Source: Candidatus Bathyarchaeota archaeon (lineage in GTDB: Archaea; Thermoproteota; Bathyarchaeia; Bathyarchaeales; Bathycorpusculaceae). From it: 64,000 nt of DNA. Positions 40,225-51,533 of this stretch are shown here, piece by piece. The stretch covers positions 2,368,001 through 2,432,000 of the forward strand of contig OY970340.1 of the NCBI GenBank assembly GCA_963717465.1. Direction: 5' to 3'. The number at the start of each line of letters is the position of its first letter. The first letter of the stretch is position 1. The position numbers and the translations under genes were made by a program. The notes below the pieces were generated by a model. It saw only the letters and a program-made list of their open reading frames with translations. It had not been told where the DNA came from and searched no databases.

Positions 40225-42684
40225 TTACTGGGTTTTCTCTGTTGCTTTTGCTTCTGATGTTTGAGCGCTTCTATTTAATATGTACAAGGCATTCTTTGAG
40301 TCCGAGCTAAGTTCAATAACGTCTTTGCTAAAAATCCAGCTTTGAAGTCTCGCTACGTCTCTCGGATGGATTCTTGCTTTGATAACTGATTCTTGAGGCA
40401 TGCACCATTTTAAGCCAGGATAGAAAAGGTCTTTATGGCGTGCTTTGTCAATTTGAGCATTCAATAAGTGCGCGGCCATTTCGTTTGGTGTTTCATTGTA
40501 CTCTTTGCTGATTGCTTCGATTTCTAAATAAACGGTTTCTGGAATTGAGATTTGAACAGTTTTCTTGTTAACTGATTCCTGAGCCAATTTTCTCACCTCC
40601 TTTTGATCTTGCTTTTAGGGCTAATTTTGCGGTTTTCACATAGTAACCTCAGTAAGAATCTTAAATTTTGTTATCCATGACCCAACGCTGACATAACGTT
40701 CCACACCTGGTTCGGAAAGAAATTCTTTCAATGCTCCGTGCAAATATTGAGCCTCTTCGTAAATCATCTGGCGGGCTAAGTCTTCAATAGACATGTCAGA
40801 ACCGAAGAAAGCTAAATATTCCTTCAAAAAGCGTAGTGTATCTTTGTCGATTGAAGTATTTACTGGAACCATGTCGTTAGTCGTTGCTGTTTGGCTTTTG
40901 TTTTCATTTTCACTCAACAGTTCACCCCCTTCATTACTTCTTTTTTTGCCTGTAGATTTTATCTTCGCCAAAAAGCCAGTAAGTATAAACATAGTTTAAA
41001 CCTTGATAGCGATCCCGAATGTTACAATCAGCTTTCCTGAGTTCGTCATACGCTGTTGAAAACTTTGCCTGGTCATTGTCTTGCTTTACTGCCAACTCAA
41101 AGGTACCAATCTTAGTGCCTTCCTGAATTTGCCATTTCAAAGCGTTAAAGGCGATTTCTTGCAATTCAGCGTCTTGTTTATGAGCGCTCCCGGCTTTTCG
41201 GCTATCCTGCAGACCCTTAGCCTGGCCAATCTTGTCTAAGAGTTCATCGATTGCTTCAATTTTAGCTTGGCACGTGTTACGCTCAATGAGTAACATTTGG
41301 ACTTCAAAATCTGAAAAATTATATTTCTCGGCTATCAAACCTTAAGCCTCCACTTTATTTTTTTGTTCAAATCGTTTCCTACAGTCTAAATGGTGCTGGC
41401 AGGACAGCATCAACTCAGCCTCGCAATTATACGATCCAAAACAGGAAGGGGTTTTCATTTTTAGAGCGCCTTTATTTTTTTCTTCCTCTTAGTTTTGACG
41501 GCTAACGGATAATATTCTAAGAAACGATTCCTGAAAGCGGCTTTTGCAAAGTCTTCTATGGTTTCGGTTGCCCAGGGCAATTGCTCTTTTATGAACTCAT
41601 AGCTTTTTATGGTTTCTGGCGATACTTCAAAGGTTACTTTCATGCTGTTTTCACCTCCTGGTTAATCCTTTTCTGGAGTAGCGTTTGTCTCGGCAACCCA
41701 GCGAGTTTTGCAGGATTCACAATAGAAATCTTCACTAACGTCAGCTGGAGTACTAACTAGTATGATGTGATCTGTTCCATCTATAGAAGCTGTTACGGGT
41801 TTATTCTCGGGGTTCCAACTATCGACAAACTTCTTTTTCTTCAATTCTCCACCGCAAGCAGGGCATAAAGGAACTTCCGGTAATGCCGCGTGTTTTTGAA
41901 TAGTATCAAGAAGGTCCTCAGTTAATTCATCGATGTCTTTCACGATTTTGTCGTATTTTTCTGTCGTCTTTCCAACAATCTTTTCCATATATTCTTCCAT
42001 GGGTATTTTTTGAGGATCTAATGCTTGTTTCAAATTCGATTTTTGAGACATTTTCTTGTTCACCTCCTTAAGCAGTTTCTTGCCTAAACATTGTCGCAGA
42101 AACGGCTTTTTGCATAACTTCATTGAAGCGCCGTTTAACAGCTGCTTTTGATATGCAATCATCGAAATCTTCAAGTTTTATGGATAACGGTTTTTCGCTG
42201 AAAGTTCTCTGTTTGACTTCCCATTCACCCGGATTATTTGAGACGCCGATTGTGAGAACTGCATACAGGTTAAAGATGTCGATCTGAGTGCCTATCCAGC
42301 CTTTCAAATCAAGGATATCATTGATTTGTTCTTTTGTGTATTTTGCCATGTTTACCACTTAATTCTCTCCTTTGAGTTCATTCCCATTCATATTTTTGAG
42401 ATCAGGGTCGCAAAAGCGAGAGTAAGAACCGCCGGGGCAAATATTGCCAATGGCTTGGCAGTAATCTTTTTTAGGACACATTTTTACCACTCCAAGCTCA
42501 TTCGTTCTCGGCGTTCAGGGTTGCATTTGTGGCAATTGCTGCAGTCTATCCAACTGTTTGCTCGCTCACAGAAAACATCATTATTAAATCTTGAAACTCT
42601 TGAGCGATTGCCGCATTTGGGCAATTTATGAGATTTAACAAACGTTCCATAAGTGTTTTCTTGTTGAGTCATCATTTCAATCAC
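40225..42684 (-). other. run of small co-oriented element ORFs (40225-40596, 40636-~40914, 40934-41338, 41461-41643, 41662-~42051, 42068-42358, 42484-42684)
   Basis: Tight packing; several have GGAGGTGA RBS; two RHH-like and zinc-ribbon motifs. Confidence 0.65.
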
Positions 42685-42685
42685 T

Positions 42686-42779
42686 AAGTTACTGTAATGG
42701 TAACCTATGCTTATTAAGGTTACGGTTATGGTAACCTATTAACAGCAACCTTATATAATACTTAATATGATAGTAACCT
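42686..42779. promoter_or_regulatory. tandem palindromic operators A(A/G)GTTAC-N7-GTAACCT between divergent genes
   Basis: 42686-42706 and 42717-42737 (perfect arms); extra half-site GTAACCT at 42773-42779. Confidence 0.7.
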
Positions 42780-42798
42780 GAAGGCTGAAACCAAAAGA

Positions 42799-42978
42799 AT
42801 GAGGCAATATATTCTATCCGAACAGGAAAAAAAAGTCATAATGGAATATTTGGAAACCGGAAAGAAACTTGAAGGCTTCAAAGTAATCCTACATAGAGCT
42901 AGAAACCTGCAAACAGTCACCAGTGATTTAGAATTAATTAAGCGGTTTCTATCTAAGGTTGAAGGTGCTAAGTCTTGA
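42799..42978 (+). CDS. 59-aa protein (not in the ORF track), candidate repressor
   Basis: MRQYILSEQEKKVIMEYLETGKKLEGFKVILHRARNLQTVTSDLELIKRFLSKVEGAKS; overlaps the next ORF by 4 nt. Confidence 0.6.
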   Translation: MRQYILSEQEKKVIMEYLETGKKLEGFKVILHRARNLQTVTSDLELIKRFLSKVEGAKS

Positions 42979-43454
42979 AAGTAAAAGTCGGAGATGTAAC
43001 CTTTTCTGATGCAATTGTGAAGAGATACATTGATCTCAGTGAGGGATTTCCTGCCCTTTTGATCCGAATTGATTACAAAAATGATAAAGCTGAAATGAAA
43101 GAACTCTCAAGGACTAACTCAACTGACTTAATTCCATTTGAATTTGATCAACTAAAGACCATGGTTTCAATTCAACCAACTCAGTTTGTAGATGGTGACC
43201 CAGAGAGACCTTATCTTATCCTTAGAGAGTTTTTCGCACCGTGCAATTATAAGTCAATCCAGTATGAGTCCCTGAGTGATTGTTTTTTAATACCTGAAGA
43301 TGTCAAAGGGTTTGATACTAACATAGATGAGGCCGATAAGAAGGATTTGCTGACACCTTCTTACCTAAGCATACTTCCATACTGGCGCTTAATTTTACGA
43401 GAAGGCATACCTGAAGAGTATTTTACTAAAGAAGACAAAAAAACAGAATCGTAA
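42975..43454 (+). CDS. hypothetical element protein
   Basis: Coupled to the upstream ORF. Confidence 0.55.
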   Translation: MKVKVGDVTFSDAIVKRYIDLSEGFPALLIRIDYKNDKAEMKELSRTNSTDLIPFEFDQLKTMVSIQPTQFVDGDPERPYLILREFFAPCNYKSIQYESLSDCFLIPEDVKGFDTNIDEADKKDLLTPSYLSILPYWRLILREGIPEEYFTKEDKKTES

Positions 43455-43589
43455 ATTTTAACAGTTTTGTTCTCATGTGATAACAGAAAAAAATCATCGC
43501 CTGGATCATCGCTCTTTGAGTGCTGAAGAGCTCACCACATCGGGGAGGGAAAAAGGAGGAGAACCCAAAAACCTCCCTGGAGCACAAAG

Positions 43590-44129
43590 TTAGAAGGACC
43601 TGCTCGCGTAGACGATTGACATAAAGTTGCAACTGGGGCAGTAAACTTTGAACTTGTGATAGTCGTATCCGATGAATTTTTGGTACTCTTCAAGGGTTTT
43701 AGCATTGATGAGATAGTCCAAGTTTGGCTCGCTTGTTAGGGTTCGTATGTTTCTGAGGTTCTTGGTGAATGTGTTTTTGCATTGTGGGCAGTCTATTGTT
43801 ACGGCGTCCCCGCTGAATAATTTGAGATTAGTGCCTTGGAAGGTTATTTTGGCAGCCGCTAATTTTTCAGTATAGCTAATGTCTGTGACTTGGTTTTGAA
43901 GGCTCTCGTTTTCTTTAATGAGTTGGTCGATTCTTGTTCTATTTTCAGTAACAACTTTGTCGATCTTGGCCTTTTCTGCTGCATAGTCAAAGCCTAATTT
44001 CTCTTTTAGAAAATTAAGGACTACGTTGTCAAAGTTTATGTTAATAGTGAGTAGATAGCTTTGGTCTCTCATTTTCTGAATCTCTTGGTTATTGCCGGCT
44101 ATTCTCGTTTCTATGTCTCTAAAACTCAA
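43590..44129 (-). CDS. coiled-coil plus double-CxxC protein
   Basis: CPQC and CPSC; GGAGGTGA RBS and TATA-like TTTTATAATA upstream. Confidence 0.75.
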   Translation of the reverse strand: MSFRDIETRIAGNNQEIQKMRDQSYLLTININFDNVVLNFLKEKLGFDYAAEKAKIDKVVTENRTRIDQLIKENESLQNQVTDISYTEKLAAAKITFQGTNLKLFSGDAVTIDCPQCKNTFTKNLRNIRTLTSEPNLDYLINAKTLEEYQKFIGYDYHKFKVYCPSCNFMSIVYASRSF

Positions 44130-44278
44130 ATGATATCACCTCCTGTAACGCTACGGTTATTATAAAAAACACTGAAAATCTCGGAAAACCCACGAATAAC
44201 ATGGAAAATCAAGGAAAAACCGAAAAAAAAGGGAAAAGTTACGAGTGATGAATAAAACATGCCAAAAGTGGCGACAAA

Positions 44279-44299
44279 TACCTCACCTCGGCCACTTTT
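44279..44299. repeat. att copy 2 (right end of element A)
   Basis: Identical to 29254-29274; arms AAAAGTGGC (44264-44272) and GCCACTTTT (44291-44299) are inverted repeats. Confidence 0.9.
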
Positions 44300-44373
44300 T
44301 CGTGCGTTGTCGTGATTTATCGACGCTTTATTTGAGGGATGTTGGTTTCCTATGATTGTGTCAGGGTTCTCCT

Positions 44374-44572
44374 TTATTTCCGTTTCCTCATTAATTGAAC
44401 GCCATTAATGACCATGAAAGGCTTAAAACCAACTTCCCTTAAAGCAACCGCTTCTTCAATTTAACTAACAGATTTAATTGTGAGTTTATTGTAAGATAAA
44501 TTCTTGAATAAAGTTTTTCTCAAGCTGAAAACACAACCGAGTTGTATCGATGTCTAATTCCGAGAAATCGGC
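44374..44572 (-). pseudogene. decayed 3' end of a second integrase (element B)
   Basis: Manual translation DIDTTRLCFQLEKN/LFKNL..*IEEAVALREVGFKPF..LMRKRK* matches the intact integrase C-terminus. Confidence 0.8.
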
Positions 44573-44853
44573 ACTTGAAACATAATAAGAGTGACTAAAA
44601 TGACTGGATCCTCAAGAAAGCAATGATTAGTCTATCGAGGTAGTTGTGGATAAGCAACCACAAATCTTTATCTTATGTGAAGAACAAAATTTATAATTGC
44701 TCAGTTAAAAGAAAAAGTGTTTTTTGTTTTTGTTAGCGGCTGATTTGAGTTGAATGTCGTTATAAATACTGGCTTTTGCAACTCGATCGAAGAGTAATGA
44801 GATTTGAGTCTTTTTTTGAATTTGTGCTTAGTTGCGCAAAGGAAAGGTAGAAG

Positions 44854-45303
44854 ATGGAAAGAAAAAGCCTGGTTTTGATTTTAAAGAACGAGTATATAGT
44901 TGTAACTTTAATTATTTTGTTAGCTTTACTTTCTTGCTTTTTCGTTATTACTTCAGGTTTAGTTTTAATTGGATTATTGCAGCTATTCGATTGTTTAGGT
45001 GTCAGCCTTGTTGTTTTGAACATTTTGGATTTGGCGACTACCCAAATTGCCTTATCAAAAGACGGCATAGAAAAAAATCCAATACATAAGAGCCTGAATA
45101 AAACAAGAAATGTCTTAACCCTAAAATACATATTAATCAAAATTGGTTTACCCATCTTTCTAATATTACTATTAAATTGTGCGTATTCTTATGATCCTTT
45201 TGAAATAACACTACTCCTTGATCTAGACTTGGCTTTAATTGCCGTGAACGCACTCTATTGTTACGCTTTTTATAACAATTGCTGCGCCATAAAGGAGTAT
45301 TAA
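44854..45303 (+). CDS. small membrane protein (cargo of relic B)
   Basis: Hydrophobic segments; LNILDLATT..IEKNP motif. Confidence 0.55.
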   Translation: MERKSLVLILKNEYIVVTLIILLALLSCFFVITSGLVLIGLLQLFDCLGVSLVVLNILDLATTQIALSKDGIEKNPIHKSLNKTRNVLTLKYILIKIGLPIFLILLLNCAYSYDPFEITLLLDLDLALIAVNALYCYAFYNNCCAIKEY

Positions 45304-45947
45304 AAATGCAAAAAAAGATTTACACGTTGATTCATATAATTAAATTCAGCGCTCATCGCTTAGAGGTGGAGTTACTTGGCCTATGAAACTTTAGTTTTCT
45401 CTTCCTCACAAAGGCTGCAAGCGTGTGCTTTACTTAATTGTTTTATTCTCAGCATGCCTCTTTTCTTGCTGGCGTATTTATGTAGTGCAGATGCTGGGTC
45501 AGTATTACCAACACATATGGTTTATTAATACTTAAGCCTTCCTCGTAAACGCAAATAGGTGTGACAATGCAAATACAAACGAGTCAATATGAAGTTAATC
45601 CAAAACAAAAAATTCTTGTAGACAACATTATCACTTTTGAAAAGGACATAGAACTTCAATTGAACAAACAGGAAATATGCACCCAAGGTTTTAGACTTTC
45701 AAAAGGAAAGCTAATACCCGGCGTACCCCGCAGAAAGTCAGAAGATTGCCTAAAGTTTTGTGCACTCGACCATTGCGATGGTCTATAAATAACGTACTCC
45801 AAATAAACAAACTATTTGACCATAGTAACAAATGGCAATAACCTCAGGAAACTTACTACTTCTTTCCCTAAGGATTGGTTGCCCGATAAGGATTAAAAAG
45901 GGGAAAAAGTCACAAAGGACGGTTTTAACGTGCCAAAAGGTGGAATT

Positions 45948-45976
45948 AGCTAACTCACCTCGGCCACTTTTCCATG
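45948..45976. repeat. att copy 3
   Basis: 28/29 identical to 29251-29279. Confidence 0.88.
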
Positions 45977-46017
45977 AAAAGTCTTGATTTGGATACACAT
46001 TAGAAATATCATCGCCA

Positions 46018-46095
46018 TTATTTCCTTTCACTGAATATTTTTTCACCATCCATGCATCTTCCTGTTTCACATTCAAAATTCGCTTCAACAAGCCG
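46018..46095 (-). pseudogene. decayed 3' tip of a third integrase (element C)
   Basis: RLVEANFECETGRCMDGEKIFSERK* versus KLIEVGFEYITGEYNDGGKIFRKRK*; shared CATCGCC flank next to the stop. Confidence 0.75.
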
Positions 46096-46820
46096 ATAAG
46101 AATAGAGATGATACTGCCTAAGCGAAAAAAGTCTAATAAATCACTTTGAGAGCACTGCATGATATACTTTGAGATTTACTAATTAGCGAAATAGCCTTTG
46201 CAACAAAGCTTTTTAGCTCCAACTGAGGGTACGATTGAGGGGTAGAGATTACGGTTAAGGGATGGCTAAAAGTCTTATTGCTTCCTTTAATTTGCATTAT
46301 CTGGGTATCTGGATGGATGCTTTATATTGTAGGACAACCACGAGCGCCTAATACTGAGTAAAATCCAAACTTCAAGCGAGCTCCATTAAATTCTTAATAG
46401 CTTCATAAAGAATTTCTTAAATACTAAGACTTTTTGGTCGCGATGAAGATGTTGACAGCATATCTCGATTAAATCACCTTTTTTAATATTGCATTGTTTA
46501 CATATTTTATGGAAGATTGCTGCCTCGAATTTAGCCGACTTGAACGACTCAACCTTAACACCTACGTCATATTCTGATCAATGAGCTCTACAAAAAAGGA
46601 AAAGGTTCCAAGAGAGTTGAGAATCTACAAAAAAAGCTTAGCCACCTCACCTAAGCCTCATTATGATGGACGTCAACGGCCTTTCCGCTATTTACCTTGA
46701 ATCAAAAACGGTGTTATTCCCGCAGCAAACGTGCACGTGCGCGTGTTTGTTTTGAATCAAAAAAGCGCTCCCTTAAATATTTAATCAGTTAAAAATTAAC
46801 TAAGGAAGAATTGATGTTTT

Positions 46821-47153
46821 ATGGGATCAGGTTATGTTAAAGCTGCCACGGCATCAGAAATTCCAGTTGGAAAAACAAAAATAGTAAAATTAGGTGACAA
46901 AGAATTGTTGATAGCCAATGTTAGCGGAAAATATTACGCCATTGATGGTAGATGCACTCATGCTGGCACGTATCTATCCCACTGTGCTTTAGATGGTAAC
47001 GTTGTTGAATGCCCGAAACACTATGCAAAATTTGATGTCACAACTGGCAAGGTAGTTTCTCCTCCACAAATAGCCTTTTCTCCTCCTAAAATAAAAAACG
47101 TAAAATCTTACGAGATTAAGGTTGAAAATGAGGATATTATGGTCAGACTTTAA
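46821..47153 (+). CDS. Rieske-type ferredoxin
   Basis: CTH...CPKH motifs. Confidence 0.92.
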   Translation: MGSGYVKAATASEIPVGKTKIVKLGDKELLIANVSGKYYAIDGRCTHAGTYLSHCALDGNVVECPKHYAKFDVTTGKVVSPPQIAFSPPKIKNVKSYEIKVENEDIMVRL

Positions 47154-47810
47154 AAAGACCATGCGCAGATACGTTGATATATCTTACGACAAGCGAGCGT
47201 TAGCAACTAAGTGAAGCCTCAACATTTTTCCTTTTATTAAGAAAATTGTGTGAAAGCCAGTAAATATGAGTCAGTAGTTGTTTTTAGAAAAAGGCTTTTG
47301 ACGCAACAAAACGAAAGCATTATTCGATGATTTCCTTTATTTTGTGGCGAAATTTGAAAAGAGCTTACAATCTAACCTTAAATATTCATCAGACCGTAAT
47401 CTGTAACATTGTGCTAAAAAAAACATTAAAAAGGAGAGTAAAAATTGAGAACAGGAATACTGCACATAGCAGGTTTGCTCCCCCCTATTGCTACAAGGAA
47501 CAAACTTTAGGGCAATCCATGAAGCTACAATGTTTCCATAGAAAAAGTTGGGGTTGGCGGCGTTACTAATAAGCTTCAAAAAGTCTACAAGGATTCGGGC
47601 TGCACCATCGCTGATGAGAAGAAAAGAGTTGTGAAATACCTGAAAACGTCGCAAAGGAAGGCATAAACGCAATATCTCGTAAGTTCGTTTTGCAGGTTAT
47701 ATTTTTTTACATTTGTCAAAAAGAAGATTAGTAATGGCCAAAAAAAATGGCGGTTAGAATTTAGCTCTGATGTAGACTTGAAATACTCCTTGAAGAATCT
47801 GTTGATTAAA

Positions 47811-49352
47811 TTATGATTCAATCCCTAGAGACTTGTTAAACTCAATTGAAGCCTGAATTTGCTGTTTAAGGTCGTCTAATTTTGTCTTGTATTTTTCTAT
47901 AAGAGCATGAAACTCTGTTTCAGCTTTATTTGCAGTGTTACAAATATTTTGAGATTCTGCGATAATGCTAAGGTTGGCTTTTCCTATTTTTTCAAGAGAT
48001 TCCTGAATTTCTTCGGCTTTTTTGTCTGCATTGGCTCCTTTATTTTGCATGTCAGCTGATATTTTCGATACTCCCTTGACGTCTGTAACAACGTCCTCGG
48101 TTAGTTTTTCAACATTTTTTGCGATAGTAGCAACTTGCTTGGCGATTTTTTCTAGTTCTTGTGAGGCGGCAGTTTGCTCTTCTACTGTGGCAGAGACTTC
48201 TTCAGAAGCGGAAGAACTCTCCTCAGCAATACTAGCCACTTCATTAATTGTCTTGACAACATTGCTTAATGAGTTGAGACCTCGATCAACACCCAGGGTC
48301 AAATTGTTAACTTTACTTGTCATTGTCTCCATTATTTTGGCAATGCCTTCAGCTTCCTTAATTGCGCCTAGAACCACGTTTGTTCCTTCTGCTGCGTTTG
48401 CTTGTGATTGCGTTGCAATAGTGTTTGTTTTGGTTCCTGCGTCTTTTATTCCTTTTACTAGAGTAATTGCTGAGCCGGCGGCCACTTTTGATTGGCCTGC
48501 TAAGCCTTTAACGGCGTCAGCGACAACTGCGAATCCTCTTCCTGCCTCGCCTGCTCTTGCGGCCTCGATTGCAGCGTTCAGGGCTAGCATGTTTGTTTGG
48601 CTAGCTATTTCTGAGACTGAATTTGTTATTTGCCCTACCTGCTCTACGGAATTGACCATTGACACGACGGCGTCAGAAACCTTTGTAATGTTTGTTTTAA
48701 TATCCTCAATTGCATGTAACCCCTGTTGTCCTTTTTCGTTGGCGTGTTTAGATTTGTTTAGAGCCTCTTCTGTTACGGCGGATGCTTCCTTTGCTATGTT
48801 GCCTGCTTCGTCCATGACTTTCTTTAGGGATTCTGTGCTTTTTGCTGCTTCTTGTGAGAGTTCAGCTAACTTTTGCGATCCAGTGGAAACCTGTTGGGAC
48901 GCGGTGCTAACCTGCTGCATGCCCGAAGACATCATTTTAGACGTATTTTCTACTTGTCTACTCACTTCCCCAACAGTGAGGCCGGCTTTGGCAACTTCAC
49001 CTGCACTTGACAAAACTTTTTCCGCATAGTTGCCCGCTTCCTTTGCAGAAGTTGCGAATTCGGTAATCATGCTCGAAGCCTGAAATGCTAGTTCACTGTT
49101 GTTAGCAGCCATCACACCAAAATTCTCAACCAACTCATTGATGGTTTTACTTGAACTATTAATGTAATCAGTGTTTTTGACGGATTCTTCAGCAACTTTA
49201 ATCACTTCATCAAGTTCTTCTGCATGAGATTTCATTAACCCGACAATTGCGGAGTGAAGATCATTATTCTCCTGTCGAAATTCTTCTAATTGTCTTTCAA
49301 GTTCTGAAATTCTCTTTTCCAAAGACTCAAGGGCCATAGTAACCAAATCCAA
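47811..49352 (-). CDS. soluble MCP-like protein (MCP2)
   Basis: MCP signalling hairpin; no TM segment. Confidence 0.9.
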   Translation of the reverse strand: MDLVTMALESLEKRISELERQLEEFRQENNDLHSAIVGLMKSHAEELDEVIKVAEESVKNTDYINSSSKTINELVENFGVMAANNSELAFQASSMITEFATSAKEAGNYAEKVLSSAGEVAKAGLTVGEVSRQVENTSKMMSSGMQQVSTASQQVSTGSQKLAELSQEAAKSTESLKKVMDEAGNIAKEASAVTEEALNKSKHANEKGQQGLHAIEDIKTNITKVSDAVVSMVNSVEQVGQITNSVSEIASQTNMLALNAAIEAARAGEAGRGFAVVADAVKGLAGQSKVAAGSAITLVKGIKDAGTKTNTIATQSQANAAEGTNVVLGAIKEAEGIAKIMETMTSKVNNLTLGVDRGLNSLSNVVKTINEVASIAEESSSASEEVSATVEEQTAASQELEKIAKQVATIAKNVEKLTEDVVTDVKGVSKISADMQNKGANADKKAEEIQESLEKIGKANLSIIAESQNICNTANKAETEFHALIEKYKTKLDDLKQQIQASIEFNKSLGIES

Positions 49353-49789
49353 CTAATTTGCATTTAGCACTTATCTACCTCACTTATTTAGTAATATCTA
49401 GCTTGCGATTTAACAATATGTACAGTAAATACAGATTTGCCCACGAATAGTTACGTATGCATAACAATGGTTTCTAGTAACGACTTATACAGAGTTAAAA
49501 GGCGAGTTTCCAGGTCTACCCCCCCCAGCAAAATAGTTCGAACACCAATCATTTACTTACAATCTTTTTTTCACGGCTTTTTGGAACACATTTTGTTAAG
49601 GGCATTAACAGCATTTTCCACTTTTTAAAGACAAGAATAAACAAAAAAAGATAGATCGCTATAAGCACATGCTAAGAAACGTCATGAACAAATTTTTCAA
49701 TTAGAAGTCGGAAGCTCCAGATTATGACGCAGCGTATTGTTAAGGCAGGCAATCTTAAATTGCAGCAGGGTTATTTCCTCGTTGCATCC

Positions 49790-50065
49790 TCAATTTTTAA
49801 GGATTGATGGTTTTACGGATTGAAATAGGCAACCCATGTTTCGCAACGAGAACGGCTTTGGTGACAAATTATCTGTGCGAAACAGATAGCTACGAGTTTC
49901 ATTTTTCGTACAAGGAATATATCCCCCAAAACCATTCTCTTTGCAAACTTGGTCAATTTTAAATTCATAAAACCATAAATCCTTGCCAAAAAAGAGGATA
50001 TAACGAGGAAATAACCCCCTGTCCAAATCTAAAATAGCCGACATATGAGTAATTAAAAGTAACAT
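49790..50065 (-). pseudogene. remnant containing the C-terminus of an Lrp/AsnC paralogue
   Basis: ETRSYLF..PKPFSLRNMGCLFQ versus ETNSFMF..PKPFSLRNLESLFQ in 11289-11810. Confidence 0.55.
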
Positions 50066-50239
50066 TCGACTTTCTGCTATTATTTTTGCCTCAGGGTGTT
50101 CTTATAATATTGTATTTTGCTATGTTTTTGAGCTACACACTGCTTATATCCACGCATATATTATATCTTAATATATACTAATCAAGACAGCTCACCGGCA
50201 AGAAAGCAATCAAAGAATCAAAAGAGTTGAAAATCAACA

Positions 50240-50656
50240 TTGCATCTAATGACCAAGATCATAATCACCCTTTTCATCCTGGTGATATGCTTTCACTTAG
50301 TTGCAGCCTACATAACGTACATCACAATAAGTTCAGGCAACTACGTTGAAGGCAACCCTACAGCTGCGGAACTTCAAATCAGTTATGGATTAACCAACGG
50401 ATTAATAGTAACCCTGATTCAAGGTTCAGCACTCTCCATAATTCCGCTATTAACTTATTTAGTTCCGGCAAAGTTTGCTCAATCACATTTCGTGCAACCA
50501 TTCGAAAAGGAAAGGACGATGAACATTGTAAAATTTTTCTCGTTCCCATTAGCCTTATCCATCTTGATTTTTCTGGTGTTGATAGCTGGAGTAGACGTTG
50601 CGCATGACTTAGCGATTTTTCTAAGCAATGGACAAATAAACTTGTGGGCCTTCTGA
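50240..50656 (+). CDS. membrane protein
   Basis: Three hydrophobic segments; EGNP motif. Confidence 0.55.
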   Translation: MHLMTKIIITLFILVICFHLVAAYITYITISSGNYVEGNPTAAELQISYGLTNGLIVTLIQGSALSIIPLLTYLVPAKFAQSHFVQPFEKERTMNIVKFFSFPLALSILIFLVLIAGVDVAHDLAIFLSNGQINLWAF

Positions 50657-50783
50657 AAAGTTGCTTTGCCAAGCGTGCGAAACGTTAGTTCCAAGTATTG
50701 CACAAGATAAGCTTATAAATTACAAGAAATGATAAAGGAAGCACTGGGATAATTGTACCACATCCTACCGGTAGGTAATTAAA

Positions 50784-51230
50784 ATGAAACTATGGGCATC
50801 ACTGTACCTGTTGATTTGGATCTTAGTCTTAGAGTTTCTCCTAGTTATGGTTGTTCCCGGTGTGATAGTTTTAATTTATTTGCATGCCATTCTAGGCATT
50901 GCCATTATAGCCATTACTTACTATAACTTTACAAAGGTTAAGAACACCAGCATTGCTGGGCGTGTCAAGCGTACTGCACAAGCGTGCTTCTATTTCTCAA
51001 TAGCGATGCTTATCCTGGGAGTTCTACTTGCATTTAATTTAGGTGGCGCAACAATCATTCCTCCTTTAATTTTCACTATCGTGCTATTCTTCCACGTATT
51101 CTTTGCACTTGCAATGATTACTCAGTCAGCTGCAATCGCAATTGCATACGACATGTGGGAAGAAAACGAATTCAAAGAACAGACACAGCCTGGATCAGTG
51201 CCGCCTGCACCCAAGCCAACCAAGCAATAG
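50784..51230 (+). CDS. membrane protein
   Basis: Four TM segments with intramembrane His residues. Confidence 0.7.
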   Translation: MKLWASLYLLIWILVLEFLLVMVVPGVIVLIYLHAILGIAIIAITYYNFTKVKNTSIAGRVKRTAQACFYFSIAMLILGVLLAFNLGGATIIPPLIFTIVLFFHVFFALAMITQSAAIAIAYDMWEENEFKEQTQPGSVPPAPKPTKQ

Positions 51231-51533
51231 AAGAGCAAGTCTCTGAAAGAATGCATAAAAGGAACTTAACTTAGCACGTGCTTTCTGAGATAAAGGAAAT
51301 TAGGTCAACGTAAGAAAAACCAAAATTATTATTTTTCGCTTTGATTTGAAATTTTAGTTTTTGCTTATTGATTTTTAAAAATAGTGAATTGCCAAAAGAG
51401 ACTCCCGAAAGGTTTTTTTTGAGAGACGAGGATTAGTATGTAGCTTGTTCTGTTTCGCGTAAAATGGGGTGCCGTTGGCATCAAGAGCAAAATCAGCAGT
51501 TTAGGTTACGTTAACAAGATACAAGAAAATATC

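Larger units (their letters stand above)
29254..44299. mobile_element. integrated virus/satellite-like element A at the tRNA-His 5' end
   Basis: 21-bp direct repeat TACCTCACCTCGGCCACTTTT at 29254-29274 and 44279-44299; integrase at the left end; SF3 helicase; dense small ORFs. Confidence 0.88.

Noticed and set aside
45363..45379. Inverted att-like sequence GAGGTGGAGTTACTTGG
   Set aside because: Only 13/17 match to the tRNA 5' end and no arm; compatible with chance.
45783..46160. 125-aa minus-strand ORF as a real gene
   Set aside because: Runs across att copy 3 and out of frame over the integrase relic; likely spurious.
48022..49029. Long antisense ORFs over MCP genes (also 55281-56219)
   Set aside because: Shadow frames of Ala/Ser/Glu/Lys-rich coiled-coil codons.
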